Shown here piece after piece: positions 44,517-59,326 of a DNA stretch of 64,000 bases. The notes under the pieces were generated by a model. That model was not told the origin of the DNA. It saw nothing but the letters and a program-made list of their open reading frames with translations, and did no database searches. Each line of letters opens with the position of its first letter. The stretch's first letter is position 1. The stretch comes from Chrysomallon squamiferum (lineage: Eukaryota; Animalia; Mollusca), in assembly GCA_012295275.1 (NCBI GenBank), contig CM022669.1, positions 558,001-622,000 of the forward strand. Reading direction: 5' to 3'. A program made the translations under genes and the position numbers.

Positions 44517-46277
44517 CACATTTTCTCTTTCTCTCAAAAAACAAACACTACAATTCTTCAGTATAAAGAATGTTTCAATCCTCAAATAACACTAAACATA
44601 ATGCGTATATGTTCGTCCATCAAACATCAACTTTCCTTTCTAATTTACTAAATTACTTATTTTAGTGTCATCGTAAATTCAACATTAAAATGTATCAGAA
44701 AGCTTTGAGCAACACTGAAATGATCTTTCTTTTTCTTTTGTTCTTATGGTATATACTGCAATAAAGAAGGTTACCATGGAAACGAGATACATAACACAAT
44801 TTACATAAAGGCTTTCACTTCTTTTACGATTTTCTCGCACTTTATTAACTTACCCTGAAGTCTGTTAAAGGGCAGGTAATTTTCTCGTATTTATTCACAA
44901 ATTTCGTTTTGCTACAGTTACAGTAAAGATCCACTTTTTATTTATTATTTATTTAGGAAACCCCAGAATTGGTAATCGTGACTGGTGTTGCTGCTGCTGC
45001 TTTTAGTTGTACTGACTACTGTCTCGATCGTATTCATATAATATGATTTAAATTAGATCCAGAATATCTATACCCATGTACTGATCGATGGATGGAGAGA
45101 TGAATAAAAGATGAATGAATAGATGGATGGACTGATAAAAAGAGATATAAATAAAGAAATAGAAAAATGGACCGACACAAACAGATAGAGATACACATGC
45201 CGGCAATCAGGGCTTTGTGATCAACTATTCTGACAACAACTACAACAACAACTTGAAAATTATAGAAAATTTTAATATATTTTTTTTCATGCCTCATATG
45301 AAAATGGAGAATAGATTTTAATATAATTTTATTTAACTAGTTTTGACTATAAATTATAAATTATTCATGATAATTTAAGTGCGTAATATTTTCAGAAATG
45401 TTTTTAATTCGAAATCAGATTATAATAATAAACTAAAATTTTGAATTGTAAAGTAAATGAATAAATAATTTAATTAATTAATTTAAAAAATTAAACCTTT
45501 TTCAAGACGCGTGGAGAATAAAAATTGTAAAGAGACAGAAAGGACCCATTTTATTGCATTGTTGGGATAAGTTTACAAGTAAATTGTTCTCATGCAGACG
45601 TATGGGACTGAGTTTCCTAACCTCTAAATTCAGTGGCTATAATCAGTGACTATCGAGTACAGTCCCCATAATTATCGTTGCAGAATTATGCTTTTGTACT
45701 GCAAACAAATGATTCCAAACTCGGACCAAAAACAGTCATTTTACTGAACTACACGTGACCCTAGCGTGAACATTAATTTAATGCTGCAGTAATAATTTAA
45801 TAGCGTTTCCAGCCGTGATCATAATTCTTAAAGGTCACGGCATTCTGAACGCAGTGTTCAACGCAGTTCGAGATAACTGTAACAACTTCGGCGTCATCAA
45901 TTCGATTTTCGATGGAGGAATTAACAAAAGAAAGATGCAGCGTAACATGATATTTAAACAGTCCAGCCTAAGGTGTAGAACCAGTCGTCTCAGGTTGTTA
46001 AAGCAATTAGTGCAATGATTCCACGACTTTCTCAAATAGCAGAATAACAATTAGGAAGGAGTGTTATACTTACAAATGTCGTTATTCAGATCATTTTATA
46101 TATATATTTTAGAATAAACACGCCTTCAGAGTCCAGCGACTTTTAAGAATTATCAGCACGTTTGGAATTATTATTAGTACCTTTATTATTAAAAATAAAT
46201 GTGTTATTAATTTTGTTTTATTTTTCTGTTTCTAACTTTTTTCTTTGAAATTTTATTCTTATGTCACTTTCCATCAT

Positions 46278-46354
<77 letters not shown>

Positions 46355-47294
46355 TTATATGCTTGTCTGACTCCATGTGTATCTAGCAATATTTTGCATT
46401 CTAGTATTAGTATATCTATCTTTTTTAAATATCTTTGTACCACAAACATGCACACAATTATGGAACAGATATAGATAAACATATAGATATAATGTGTTTT
46501 AATCGATACAAACTATTTTCTGTTGTCCCTTTCATCCTGATGTGAAATACAGAAATATAAAACATTAATGGTTGCTACAGTGTTATTACACTACATCTTT
46601 TGTTGCATGTAAGTTGTAAACAAGTCACGTCCTGGTTCATCCACGGTAAATACTGATTTATTCTGTTCTCATATTAAACGACTTCACTGGCAAATCTTTG
46701 TCAATACAACTGTCAGTCATGTACACATGCAAGTAGAATACTAAAGCACGTTTACAAAATCTATACTCCACTGAATGTTTCTCTATTTCTGTTTTTTTCT
46801 CTATTTAGAATGTACATTGTAATTTTCTTTTATTGTATTAGTTTGACCCACTGAAATCTATGATTGTTTTCCTATTGTTGAATACATCTGTTACCTATGT
46901 TTTTATCTCTTACAATCTGGAATTTCTGTTTAATTGCAGGTGTTGTTTTTTTATTTAAAATAGCACCCAAGGGCAAAACTCAATCTGTTCCCCGTGTTTA
47001 ATTCTCAGTTCCTATAACCACAGTTTATTTACTTCACAGACAACAATCCATTGTGACTTCTAATTTTAAATTGCTGATTGTCTAAACTGTTTTGTGGACA
47101 TTTCAGATGGTCAGTTTACTCGGTAAATTATCATCATTATCTCACAAACTGCCTGTTACTGCATTTAGACTTACTATATTTATACACGATGACACAAGGT
47201 CACTGACCGTTTCGAACATTTAATATGAGAGCTCGCATTGTGCATTCGTTTACAATATCCTCATTTCTTAAGATACCTCTGCTGCTGCACACAC

Positions 47295-47334
<40 letters not shown>

Positions 47335-47878
47335 GTGATGAATGTAATTCAGCGTCATTCGTTACTGTCACATAGATTAAATAGTTAAACTACTTTATGT
47401 CAGTGTAATGTAGATAGAAATCAGTTACATTACACAGCAGCATCGTCGTTACCACGGATTTGTTTGCTGTACGACTACTACTTCTGCTGCTGCTGCTGCT
47501 ACAAGTAGTATTACTACTATTACTTCTATTGCTACTGTTACTTCGAGTACTGGTAATAATAGTAACAGTGATGATGATGATGATGATAACTGATAAGTAA
47601 ATAGGATTGTTAAGTAGCCATATTTAAACACGTACTGATGTGTCAGAGTGTACGTGTTACAAACAGTGCACAAAACAACGTTCTGTAAACACTGCTATAT
47701 ATGCTTGATACAGTCCTTTCTATGTTTCTAGATAACAAAATCGAATCGGTCATTCTAAAATGTCTGATTATGAAGATAATTAAGTAAAAACGATCTCTAA
47801 CGACTACAGCTGTCTTTACTTTGAAACAAGTCCGATAACAGAGTCAGCTTGAACAAAAGATAAAATATACTTGAGGTT

Positions 47879-48245
47879 GTAAGTAGATATCTGAGGATAA
47901 GGCTGTATAGATGTGGTTCTGGGATGTATAGATATCTGAGGATAAGGCTGTATAGATGTGGTTCTGGGATGTAAGTAGATATCTGAGGATAAGGCTGTAT
48001 AGATGTGGTTCTGGGATGTAAGTAGATATCTGAGGATAAGGCTGTATAGATGTGGTTCTGGGATGTAAGTAAGATATCTGGGATGGATATCTGAGGATAA
48101 GGCTGTATAGATGTGGTTCTGGGATGTAAGTAGATATCTGAGGATATCTTCTGATGGATATCTTAGGCTGTATAGCTGTGGTTCTGGGATGTAAGTAGAT
48201 ATCTGAGGATAAGGCTGTATAGTTGCTTCTGGGGATATGTCTGGG
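47879..48245. repeat. 47-bp minisatellite GTAAGTAGATATCTGAGGATAAGGCTGTATAGATGTGGTTCTGGGAT, about 7 copies
   Basis: Direct periodicity (47971 to 48018). Confidence 0.93.
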
Positions 48246-50441
48246 ATGCGCAGGTAACATGGTTCTGTGTGTGATGTTTCAACAGTGATTGATATTTGAC
48301 TGAGGATAACGGTGTGTATATCTATGAGTGGTTTATACTGGGATGTTTTGTATATTTGTGATGGTGTTTATATATTTGGGAATGTGGCTATTGGTTTAAG
48401 GACGTGGGTATGTTAAGCAGTGTGACAACAATATTCAGCTGTTCAGTTAGTCGCAGGCACAGGCTGTAACACAGAACTGTATCAAAACAGTAAACAACAA
48501 GAAAGTATTGTTAAGCAAACAAACAACATTAACTAAAATACGTTAGTAAGAAAGTGATAAAAAAATAACAAACAAACAAACAAATGAATGTATAAATAAG
48601 AACGGAGAAAAAGAATGAAAGAAAAATTTAGATATATAGACACAAACATGCACATATATGGGCGTACACACGCGCACACAAAATCATCATGATTATTTGT
48701 AACATTATCGTCGGAATGACTCTAACGCATCAAAAAATTTAATTATTTATGTACACAAAATTAATTAATTATTTATAAAAGCAGTTAACACTTTCTCCTT
48801 TGGGAGGTTAGTGACCTTTGGATTTGTATAACGTTTCAGAAAATAACAAAAAGATAATAATGCATGCCGTTATTCTTTTATTTTGTACGTGATAATTGAT
48901 AACTGATTATAACTAACGTCCTGAGAGACATCGCTAACCATCCATCAAATATTTTAGTAAACAATATTGGCGTATAAGTTTCTGAAATTTTTCATTATAT
49001 TTCAAAATATATTTTATACTAATTTGTTTTCTTTCATTCTTTCTTTTTTCTTTCTTTCTCTAACATTAGAAAGTATAAGAAAAAGTCTGTAATAAAGCAG
49101 TGATTCTCAGTTGTTTTAGATATTGCTGAAACACTAAGACATATTTTCGTGTATCTAGGAACTTTCAGTGTTTGTAAAAGGATAAAAGTTTATATGCTTA
49201 TAAAATTATTATCCATTTTGTCTCACATTTAAATCTCTGAAGAGGATTTCTGCAAATCTCCTTCTCCATGCTTGTAAAGTTTTCAGTATAAACAGAAGTA
49301 ATAGGTGTTATAATCATTATCATTATCATCATAATCTTCATAATCATCATCATTATTACTATTATTATTCATTGCTATTGCTACTGCTGTTTTTGTTTCA
49401 TTTTGTCTCTTTTTATAAATGTACTTTATACTCCACTGTTTATTAATTATTTTTTTAATATAAGTAGATTCCTACTCATTTCGCAAATGCGATTTAAATT
49501 TTTCTTTGATAATAATCGCATTAGCTTGAAAATGAAACATACTTTTCTTTGTTTATTGTTGTTGTTGTTGATGCTTTTGTTGTTGTATTATTACTGTTAA
49601 TTTTATTTATTTATATATTTATTCATTTTTGTGGGAGTAGGTTGATTTTTTAATGAAATGTACTGTTCAGACTGTCTAATAATAAAAGCAGATTAAATCA
49701 GATTATTGCAAAATACAACATTTTTTAAAATATTATTTTAGAACTTATGCTACTGTTATCATTCTGTTTCAAATAAAAAAAAAAATACATAAATAAATAA
49801 ATAAATGAGTGAATGGATGAATATATAAATAAATAAATAAATGATTTAATAAATGAAAAAATGAATGAATGAATGAAACTTTAAAACGATACACATGTAA
49901 TTATGTACAAATATAGATGCCTATCAATATTCATATTGGTATATACACACCGAACTACGGACACATAAATATAGAAAATATAATACAAACACATTGGTTT
50001 ACACACCGACGTAAACTGTACAGAAAAAAATACATTATAAATATCTGCTATTAATAACGCTCACTATAGAGATTCACGTCAAATTACACCGATTACGTCA
50101 TACCTATTATTTTGAAAACGTCATAGCTATTATTTTCGTTACTTTCCCACAAATGTCTAGTCACGACCTTTATATGAGGCGCTAAATAAATTTAGTTCCT
50201 TGTTTTTTTCTTTATATATGTATAAGTTAGTGAGTTCGACGTAGAATAATACAGGACTGATTGCTGTTACCTGATTTCAGGTATATGTAGTATTTCCCGC
50301 CAGCGCCTTCAGGTACCGCTCATCTTTAGTTGAATGAAAACATGATTGTATGTGTCTATATGCTATCTGTGTATGTATGTATGTGTGTGTATGTAAGAAT
50401 GTATGCACATATTTATTTTTGTCTGTATGCGTGCATGTATG

Positions 50442-50480
<39 letters not shown>

Positions 50481-50557
50481 TATTTTATGTACATTTGTCA
50501 CTGTGTGCATTTATATGTTTCTGTGTATGTAAGGGTATGTTAGATAAATGAACATAA

Positions 50558-50650
<93 letters not shown>

Positions 50651-50967
50651 TTAACTTGTTTATTTAATAACAAGGTAGACAACTCGGGGAGTGGTGTTAC
50701 TGTGTTGTATAAAGTCAGGTACAATTAAAAATCTCGCTGTACAGACTGTCAGTAGCTTGTTTTATTACAACACAGGAATCTATGTTAACACAACACTGAA
50801 TTACAGTCATCTATTCGTGATAAAAACCAAAATTTGTTATTTGGATCTTTATTTTTGTTGTTATATGTTTATTATTATTAAAAAAAAAAATTAAGTCTTT
50901 TAAAAACGCATTTATTGTTTATTAGTTATTGATAATTCTTTTTGCATTTCTTGCTTTTTTCTTTTAC

Positions 50968-51008
<41 letters not shown>

Positions 51009-51639
51009 TATTTGTTTATTTATTTTGCTTATTTGTTTGTTGATATTGGGTTCTTTTCTGTTGTTTCTGTTTGTTTTAAAGATTTCAGATATTTTCCTCT
51101 TTTTTTCTTTTTTTGGTTCTTTTCTTAATGTTTTTGTGTGTGGATGTAATCAATAATATATAAACCAAAAGAAAAAAAAGAAAACAAGATAAAACAAACA
51201 AACAAACAAAAGAACATCAGATACAGCAGATTAACCATCTAACATTTCTAAAAAGTAAATTGTAAATATAACGAGCGCTGTGGTCTATCAGATCTGTAAT
51301 AATTAGAACATATCATTAGTATTATATTTATTCTCATTAAAGTCGATGTTTTAACAGATGTTTATCATGAAATGTTACTCATGTTTCAGCATTGATTTCT
51401 CATTATGTCTTGATAGTTTGTATATATTACATTAATAAATTACTTTATTACCTTCTTTCATTCAGATCTACAACAAAGTATCTCTTTCTTACTCTGTCAT
51501 TATATATATATATATATGTGTGTGTTTTGCTGCTACACACATATCAATATCATACAAGATTTGAAGTTGGTTTTGTTTTCTTCATTTTTTAAATTGTTTA
51601 TTACTTTTTAAATTATTTATTTATTTATTTATTCCTTAC

Positions 51640-51680
<41 letters not shown>

Positions 51681-51692
51681 TATTATTATTAT

Positions 51693-51726
<34 letters not shown>

Positions 51727-51839
51727 TAATTAAAAAGAAGTAATAGTAACAAAATTCATAATTAGTGTCTGTGACAACAGCAGATCTGCAGTTAGTGGGT
51801 CAATGTTCTGTCGGTCAGTGATCTATTCGAAGGAGTGAA

Positions 51840-51871
<32 letters not shown>

Positions 51872-52043
51872 ATGTAATTATTAATTAATCTTATTTGACA
51901 AGACTTAATTACACTGTAATTAGTGATCACTGGAGACATTGTTTTTTAAGACAGTGATCTAGGTGTATTGTTAAAAAAATATTGTTCTTCGGAGATATTA
52001 CTATCACCACCACCATCACTACTACATACTACTGATTCCGGTC

Positions 52044-52099
<56 letters not shown>

Positions 52100-53707
52100 T
52101 TTTGATTAATAGTGTAAACATGAGCTCTATCAATAAAATTTAAGAATCCATTTTATACTTGGACGTAAAGTTACGACCAGCTTGCACCGGAAGTTGTAAA
52201 ATATGCTGTTAATCACGGATAACGACTTTTGAGATGTAGCTTCAGATTTACGACCGGACGCAAGTACATATAAATATTAGTCCACTGCTATGATGACTAT
52301 GATCAAAATAAACTTCAAGTGAAACAGACAATTATGTTTTTTTCTCTTTTTATTTCATGCTGCAGTTCTCTTTCTAAATAGCTGCATATTTATGCATCGT
52401 TTGGCAAGATAAAGTAGCAGATCGGAATACACTGATTTGTAAAAAGACATATTGGAGAAAAAGAATGGTGCCTATTAAAAAAAAAAAAAAAAAAAAAAAA
52501 AATTCGAGCGGAGAAATTCTATAATTAAATTTAAAATTTCAGCGATAAATTCGAATACTATGGATTGATTTGCTATGGGGCACTTCGAACGCCATTTTAA
52601 CTCTGTGGAGATAAATTAAACATTATTTCGTCTGTTTCTGGTCATTATCGCTGTCTGCAGACATTTAACTAAATATCACCAGGCTGATTTAACACGCTCT
52701 ACACAATCAGGCACATACAAGTGCCGAAAGCAACAAACTGTACGCTACCACTGCTGGACTGGAAATTAGAGAGAAGCAGCACCAACAATTACAGAAATAA
52801 GCTGACATGTTTGTGTATACGAAACACATTAAAGTTTTAAAAAATGTGTCTGTGTGTGTGTGTGTGTGCACGCACACGCGCATAAATTTATTGTAAATCA
52901 GCAGTTAAAAAGTACAAAAAAAGAAGAAAACAGAACCAACATATATAAAATATTATATAAATAAAAAGTAATTCATTAAAGTAAACACTATTCAGTCCCA
53001 AAACGTTATATTATTGGTCAGGTCTCCAAAAGAATAAAAATGTTTGTAATCACCTTATCTTGCCGTACACAGTGGTAACAGATATACCTTGAATCACTGG
53101 ACGTAAATCAAAATTCTGCAGATGTTATTTATATGATAAATGTATGATCAATATGTAATGTAATTAAAAAAGATAATAAAATAAAACCCAGTAATAAAAA
53201 TATAGCATGATTAGCTCCCGTTAAAGGCCATATTGTTTACCGCAAAGGAAAATATACAGCCGATCAAACACTCACATAACGTGCATTTGTCTCGTAAATA
53301 TTAACTTAAATCACTTTTTATTTGATGATAAAAGTCAAAAATCAGATTCACTTTTTTTTTTTTTTTATGACAAACTTAAAGTGAAAGATGTTTTTTGTTT
53401 TTACTAAAATTAATATAAAAAAAAAAATGTTTTGAAATAATCACTTCGTTCAGTTCGTGCGGCATGAGCTAATTAATTTGTACCACGCTTGCGTTTTTTG
53501 TTTTTTCTTTTAAAATCTTTGGATCAATTTGACCTCAATAGTCTACTCCCACTGTTTCATTAAAATATAAACATTAGTCATTAAAAATAATGACAGTATA
53601 AGGATATTACCAGTTCCGACAACCAGAATTAAGGTTAATAAGAGAAATAGTTAAAGAAATTAGATATTTGTCGTACATTTTATCAGTGATAATAATGTCA
53701 TTGAAAG

Positions 53708-53783
<76 letters not shown>

Positions 53784-54644
53784 AGTTTATAAAGTTATTA
53801 ATTTTCGATTGTTTTATAGCAATCACTTTAGTCAGGTTTACATATAAATACCAAGACACATGAATACATATTTTAATTGTGTGTAGTAGTACATAAATAT
53901 ACTCTGAGGCTACATGCAGCACTAGTATACACAAACACACCTGCTTGCACACATAAAAACTTTTAACTGGAAAATGGAAAATGCATTGTCTTTTAAAATA
54001 TTCAAAAAACTGCTTCTTTTTTCCTTTTTTTTTCAGACTGTTTTATTTATTTACATATTTATGCACATAACATACATCTTTTTCATTAAGTACATCAACT
54101 TTTACAACAACATTTTCATTGTAATTTCTAATTGTTTTATAAAATTATGTACATTGTTAAAGCTTTCAAAATAATCATAATTACAAAAAAAGATAAAAAT
54201 GAAATAAATAAATAAATATATAAATAAGAAACAAATGATAATAATAAAAAAAATGAAAGAAATTAAAATGACAAAAATCACAGTGATAAAGCAACTGTTT
54301 GATGTGTTACAAATATTGCACTAAACTGTTAGAAAGTAGCAGAAGAAAAAACAATGATAACTGGTGAATCACTTTCTGCAGCAGTTTTACAGTCCCTGCA
54401 GTGAAAGAAGTGTTATAACTACAAATACAGATAAAATATATTTCATTGTTTTCACTGAAACTGTGTTATTGTTGTTAATTAGTTCAGTTTAATTAGTCTA
54501 CAGTAAATTAGTATTTAATTTATGTAATCTTCATTTATGTTTTGTATTCTTGAAAACAACAATCTTGCTGTGTATTCTGTTAATAAATTCACTACTCTAC
54601 ATTTCAAACAAATCTTTTTTAAGAGTTTTGGATAAAAAAGTCAC

Positions 54645-54687
<43 letters not shown>

Positions 54688-54849
54688 TAAGTGTTAAAAA
54701 CATTGGTAGTGACATAAATTAGTAAAAACGCTGTGGTGGCTGTGTCAGTCAGTATGTTGTAGTTGTTTTAGCGAGTCTCTCAGTCTGTTAAAAGTTTGTT
54801 GCTGAGTCAGTTCACAATAAAGTTAAAACAGAGGAGAGTGTTTAGTTTA

Positions 54850-54925
54850 TCATCGTCTGGCACTGTGAACTAAAGCTCGGGTTGGAGTTCCTCTTCCTAC
54901 TGCTGACGAAATCTCCTGTAAAAAA
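54850..54925 (-). CDS. VPS45: VPS45 exon 14 (last coding exon; (S)FLQEISSAVGRGTPTRALVHSARR*)
   Basis: ttcag acceptor, phase 2 compatible with exon 13, TGA at 54852-54850; matches the VPS45 C-terminal SFLEE motif. Confidence 0.88.
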
Positions 54926-55772
54926 CTGAAATAAAACAGAGAAAATTGTATATTAAAGTCTACGTAAATAACTGTTTCATTTATTTTACTATTTATTTTA
55001 TTGTTATTACAACTATTACTACTATTACTATTATTATTATTATTATTATTATTTTTATGTGTCTGTTTTTCTGTATGTTACAGTATTTATCATTATTTAC
55101 ACTCATAATTCTGATCTTGTTTTATTAATGTAAATATATGAAGTAAGAATAATGAAATGCATTAAAAATTTACTGCTGCTGTGTATATTTATGTATTTGA
55201 CATTTATTTACTGTTAATTATACTCCAGGTGTAACATTCTCATCTTTTCTATTAATGAAAATTTATTTCCCTTCTAAAGTTTTATTTTTGGACATAAGTT
55301 TAGGTTAGAACTGATTCAGAAAGATGCTGAGAAATTCTCACTTTTACTCATTTTATTTTATCAAGTCATACAGAGAAATTGAAAAAAAAAAATAAAAAAA
55401 AAAGTAAAATAAATAAAAAGATGAAGTAAACCTGATAAATTTTCACCCACTTTTCTGTGGTCACCTTCCCCATGAGAAGATGATTTTTGTGTTTTTATTT
55501 GTTTCTGACAACTTCATTCATTTTCAAACACCTATTTTTATTCTTATAGTTTATTATTAGTCAGGCTTCAGTTCATTCATTTAATTCATTTATTCATTAA
55601 ATCAGTCATTAATCCATTCACTCTCTCATTCATTAATTCTTTAATTGTTCATTCATTCATTCACTTAAGTTTTTTTGTTTTTCTTTTATTCTGTTTATAA
55701 CACAGTAACATTTTTTAAAATTTCACTTCAGACTGTTACATTATAAAACTCAGTACACGTGTAAATTAAAAC

Positions 55773-55904
55773 CTTTTAAAGTTAATGATGGATGTTCCAC
55801 CCAGGACTACTCTCACTCCAGGCATCATTTTGTTCATTGTGTGCACAGTCAGTGCCTCCTCATATGTGCATCCACCAATAACAAACACAATCACATCCTG
55901 AGGC
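55773..55904 (-). CDS. VPS45: VPS45 exon 13 ([43 protein letters not shown])
   Basis: Sec1-family GGxTYEE and LGGT motifs; AG/GT boundaries. Confidence 0.95.
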
Positions 55905-56106
55905 CTGAAATAAATAAAAATAAATAAATAAATGATAAAAAATAAAAATAAAAAGTTATCATCTCTCAGAAAAACAGTAATTTTTATTTCTGTTGAAAAT
56001 GATCAAAGTAATAGTTGCTATGCCTATATTACAGTTAACTTGTGTATTATTTGTGTGTATAAATAATGTTATTAAGTATAAAAAATAAACAAGTGTTTTG
56101 TGTTAC

Positions 56107-56228
56107 CTGTCCCTCAGTTGACTGGTTCCTAGATACGGATGAGTCGATTCTTTCAGTTTGCCTTTGATGAGTTGATCAAGAATATTGTAGATCAATGGTT
56201 TGTGTTGTGTGTAGACATTCTCTACACC
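56107..56228 (-). CDS. VPS45: VPS45 exon 12 ([41 protein letters not shown])
   Basis: Diagnostic GVENVYTQH; AG/GT boundaries. Confidence 0.95.
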
Positions 56229-56500
56229 CTGAAAACACAGTTGAGTCAACTCACTGTCAGTTATCATGTCAAATATTGCACAGAAATAATACACGACAAA
56301 GTAAAAATAACGGTAACAAAAGTATTACTTACAAACAATTAAATAATAACAGTATTAATAATCATCATTGTATCTGCAATATTTTTGTTAGAGTGAAAGA
56401 AAAAAGAAAACATTTAGAATTTTTATTTTAAAGAAAACATTTGTTGCTGAAACAAAATATTTGAGTGCTATGTTAAAGAAATGGAAAAACAAAACTGTAC

Positions 56501-56608
56501 CTTGAGACCTTTGAAAAGTCTTTTTGTTATGGCAATGGGGTCCTGATTACCAAACAGATCACTGCTCCTCGATTTCTTGCCCCCATAGTCCAGCACTGCC
56601 TGCACCAT
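56501..56608 (-). CDS. VPS45: VPS45 exon 11 (MVQAVLDYGGKKSRSSDLFGNQDPIAITKRLFKGLK)
   Basis: Hand-translated; AG/GT boundaries, phase 0/0. Confidence 0.93.
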
Positions 56609-57214
56609 CTGCACAGGTTCAAACAAACTTTAATCACTGCACCACTCTTTTTTTCTTGTCTTTTATACGTGTTTAACATAAAGCAAATGAATTAAAAACC
56701 ATGGATGTGGATGTGAAATTAACTCAGAATTTGATTTAAGGCAGATGTAAACACAGCCAAGCCTTTGTCATGGCTTTGAGAGAACTGGGATATGTACAAA
56801 ATAAACTGAGAGGGCCAGTGTAAACAAATTATTTACTTTCTGCAGATATTCCTTTTTAAACAGAAATAAATTAAACTGTAATTACTTCAAAACTGAAAAC
56901 ACCAAGATCTTAATTTGGCAAGTTACACTAAAATGAAATATGCTAAAGAAAAAAACCACATTTTAATTAATTACATATTTATGTTCACCTATAACTTGTA
57001 TAGAGAATAATAACAATGAAATGAAAGTTTAATAATGACTAATAATTCAATTCTATAATGTAGAGAAGTCTTTATACAGACTTTGTCTGCTGACCAATCC
57101 CTGATGTTAAAAGAAGTAAAAGCTCTTTAAAACAAGCTTTAATAACTTATTCCTTCTCACAAATTTTAAAATTCAAATGTCACATTTTAAAACTGTAAAT
57201 TTAAAACAACTTAC

Positions 57215-57373
57215 TGATCTGTACTCCTCCCCCACCCCTCTCTTACGGAGGGCGTCGATGAGGCCTGCGAGGTCGTTGTTGCTGTGACTCTCATAGCGCA
57301 GTGCATACAACATCACAATACGCAGCATGTCCAAGTGACGAACCTTCTCGTTTGACAACAAACTCCGAATTTT
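57215..57373 (-). CDS. VPS45: VPS45 exon 10 (KIRSLLSNEKVRHLDMLRIVMLYALRYESHSNNDLAGLIDALRKRGVGEEYRS)
   Basis: VMLYALxYE motif; AG/GT boundaries. Confidence 0.94.
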
Positions 57374-57802
57374 CTATTTACAACAAACAAGTAAATTAAC
57401 TGTGTGACACTTTCTTACAAAATACTTTATATTTATATAGTGTTTGTCTATGTCTATCTATATGTCTGTCTGGCCATCTATCTATCTATGTACCCATATA
57501 TATATCTAACTATGTAACCATATATATATTACATATAATCAAATGTTATGTGTAATATGTAATATGTAATACATCTAACCAGTGATGTCAAACTTTATCA
57601 GTAATGTTATCAACACTAAATGTAGTTGCCTTATAAACTAAACTTATCATCTAGAATATTTATCTTTAATTAATGTTAACTGTAAGATCTCATGTAACAT
57701 GTATGACTAATTAATCTATAATAAACATCCTGTGTAACACACGCTGAGACAACTCATTACCTCTAATAAGTAATATTTCTAATTAACAGGTAAGAGATTT
57801 AC

Positions 57803-57970
57803 CTGTAGGATGCCGGAGTGGTCTCCCTGACAAGCAATCTCCTGCTCTGTTTCAGACAGTTCTAACAGACAGTGGGAACCCACCAGACGGGACAGTTCAC
57901 CCACCACAGTGACATGTTTAGAAACAGTGCCAGACATTTTCTTGAACTGTGGGTAATTTTCAACAAATGC
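57803..57970 (-). CDS. VPS45: VPS45 exon 9 ([30 protein letters not shown]...GDHSGILQ)
   Basis: Near-identical to the vertebrate VPS45 segment; donor CAG|gtaaat. Confidence 0.96.
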
Positions 57971-58139
57971 CTGCAACGTAATAAAAAGCAACAACATCTG
58001 AGTAAAGTTTTAAACTTATAATATTTACCCATTGATTAGAATCAAAAACACATGATGTTTTATTTTACAAGACTGTACATTTAACATATAATTTAACAAC
58101 AAAGGATGATATAAACAAAAACTGACACAACAACAATAT

Positions 58140-58351
58140 CTGTAGCTGATGTTAACAACAGAGATGTCAGTGTAGCTGATGTTAACAATAAGAGATGTCA
58201 GTGTAGCTGATTTAACAATAGAGATAATTTAATGTTAAAACAGGATGTCAGTGTAGCTGAAACAAAACAGAGATGTCAGTGTAGCTGATGTTAACAACAG
58301 AGATGTCAGTGTAGCTGATGTTAACAATAGAGATGTCAGTGTAGCTGATGT
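58140..58351. repeat. About 30-bp intronic minisatellite GATGTCAGTGTAGCTGATGTTAACAACAGA
   Basis: About 6 copies visible in VPS45 intron 8. Confidence 0.88.
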
Positions 58352-58370
58352 TTGCTTTGGGCAATCAAAC

Positions 58371-58481
58371 CTTCATGTCAGCAATGGACTCCACTTTGGC
58401 ATGATTCTGTGACTTTTTCTGAAACTCCTCCATTAATTCCTTGATATTTGTACCAATCTCTCCAAAATTCTGATACATATT
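58371..58481 (-). CDS. VPS45: VPS45 exon 8 ([37 protein letters not shown])
   Basis: Hand-translated; AG/GT boundaries. Confidence 0.95.
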
Positions 58482-59167
58482 CTGCAAATGAACAAATAAC
58501 AGGATGAATGAATGAAAAAAATGAACAAAATGAAATAAAATAAATGAAAAATAAATGAAAAAAAAATGAAATGAAATGAAATAAAACGAATGAATGAAAA
58601 AAAAAATAAAATAAAATGAAACATAATTAATGAATGAATGAAAAAATAAAATAAAACTAACATAACTTTTATAGATGACACTGTAAAGTTACAAGTTATT
58701 CTAACACAAACAATAACAACAACAAAATAACATACAGGTCAGGTCAGAAAACCCAGCAGTGAAAAAAAAATATATATATGCTCACCTAACAATAGCACAA
58801 TATAAATACTTCAGAATACAAACTAATCAGAGATTTTTTCAACAAAGCACCAATAAAAACTGTCAGTAAGAATTTAAACACACCATAGATACAATTGCCC
58901 CTTCAAAGATTTTGGGATGTGTGGAGGCAAGCTTAAGGAATGTTTCTCCTTTTGTCAGGTTATTTTTTTACAATATCTGAATGGTGAGGAAGAAAACACA
59001 CATCACAGGCATGCCATGTTGAGTAACAGAACTGATCTAAGGTCCAGAGGCAGGCTGCGTTAGATTAAAAGAATTAATTTTATTTTGAACAAAAGGCAGA
59101 ATTCCACCAACAGACTGCAAACCTTTTATTCCTGAAAACAAAGAGAAGCAATAAAAAGGACACCTAC

Positions 59168-59302
59168 ATTAGCATAAAACTCGTCATGTTCTGCAGACAA
59201 GACGACTTCCTGTAACTCCTTGCTGATCCCAGGAATGTTAGCCAGACTGATTCGGTTGTTTGTGATCCCCAGCAGTTCATGGACCATCGCCTGATACGTC
59301 CA
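59168..59302 (-). CDS. VPS45: VPS45 exon 7 ([45 protein letters not shown])
   Basis: Sec1-family [13 protein letters not shown] motif; AG/GT boundaries. Confidence 0.96.
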
Positions 59303-59326
59303 CTGACAAACAAACAAACAAACAAA

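Noticed and set aside
43535-46050. Short non-repetitive ORFs (43535-43867, 43929-44126, 45815-46050)
   Set aside because: No recognisable protein motifs or consistent splice-phase chain; more likely non-coding unique sequence.
52140-52290. Possible MITE with weak inverted ends (TACTTG...CAAGTA)
   Set aside because: The terminal inverted repeats are too short and degenerate, and no target-site duplication is visible.
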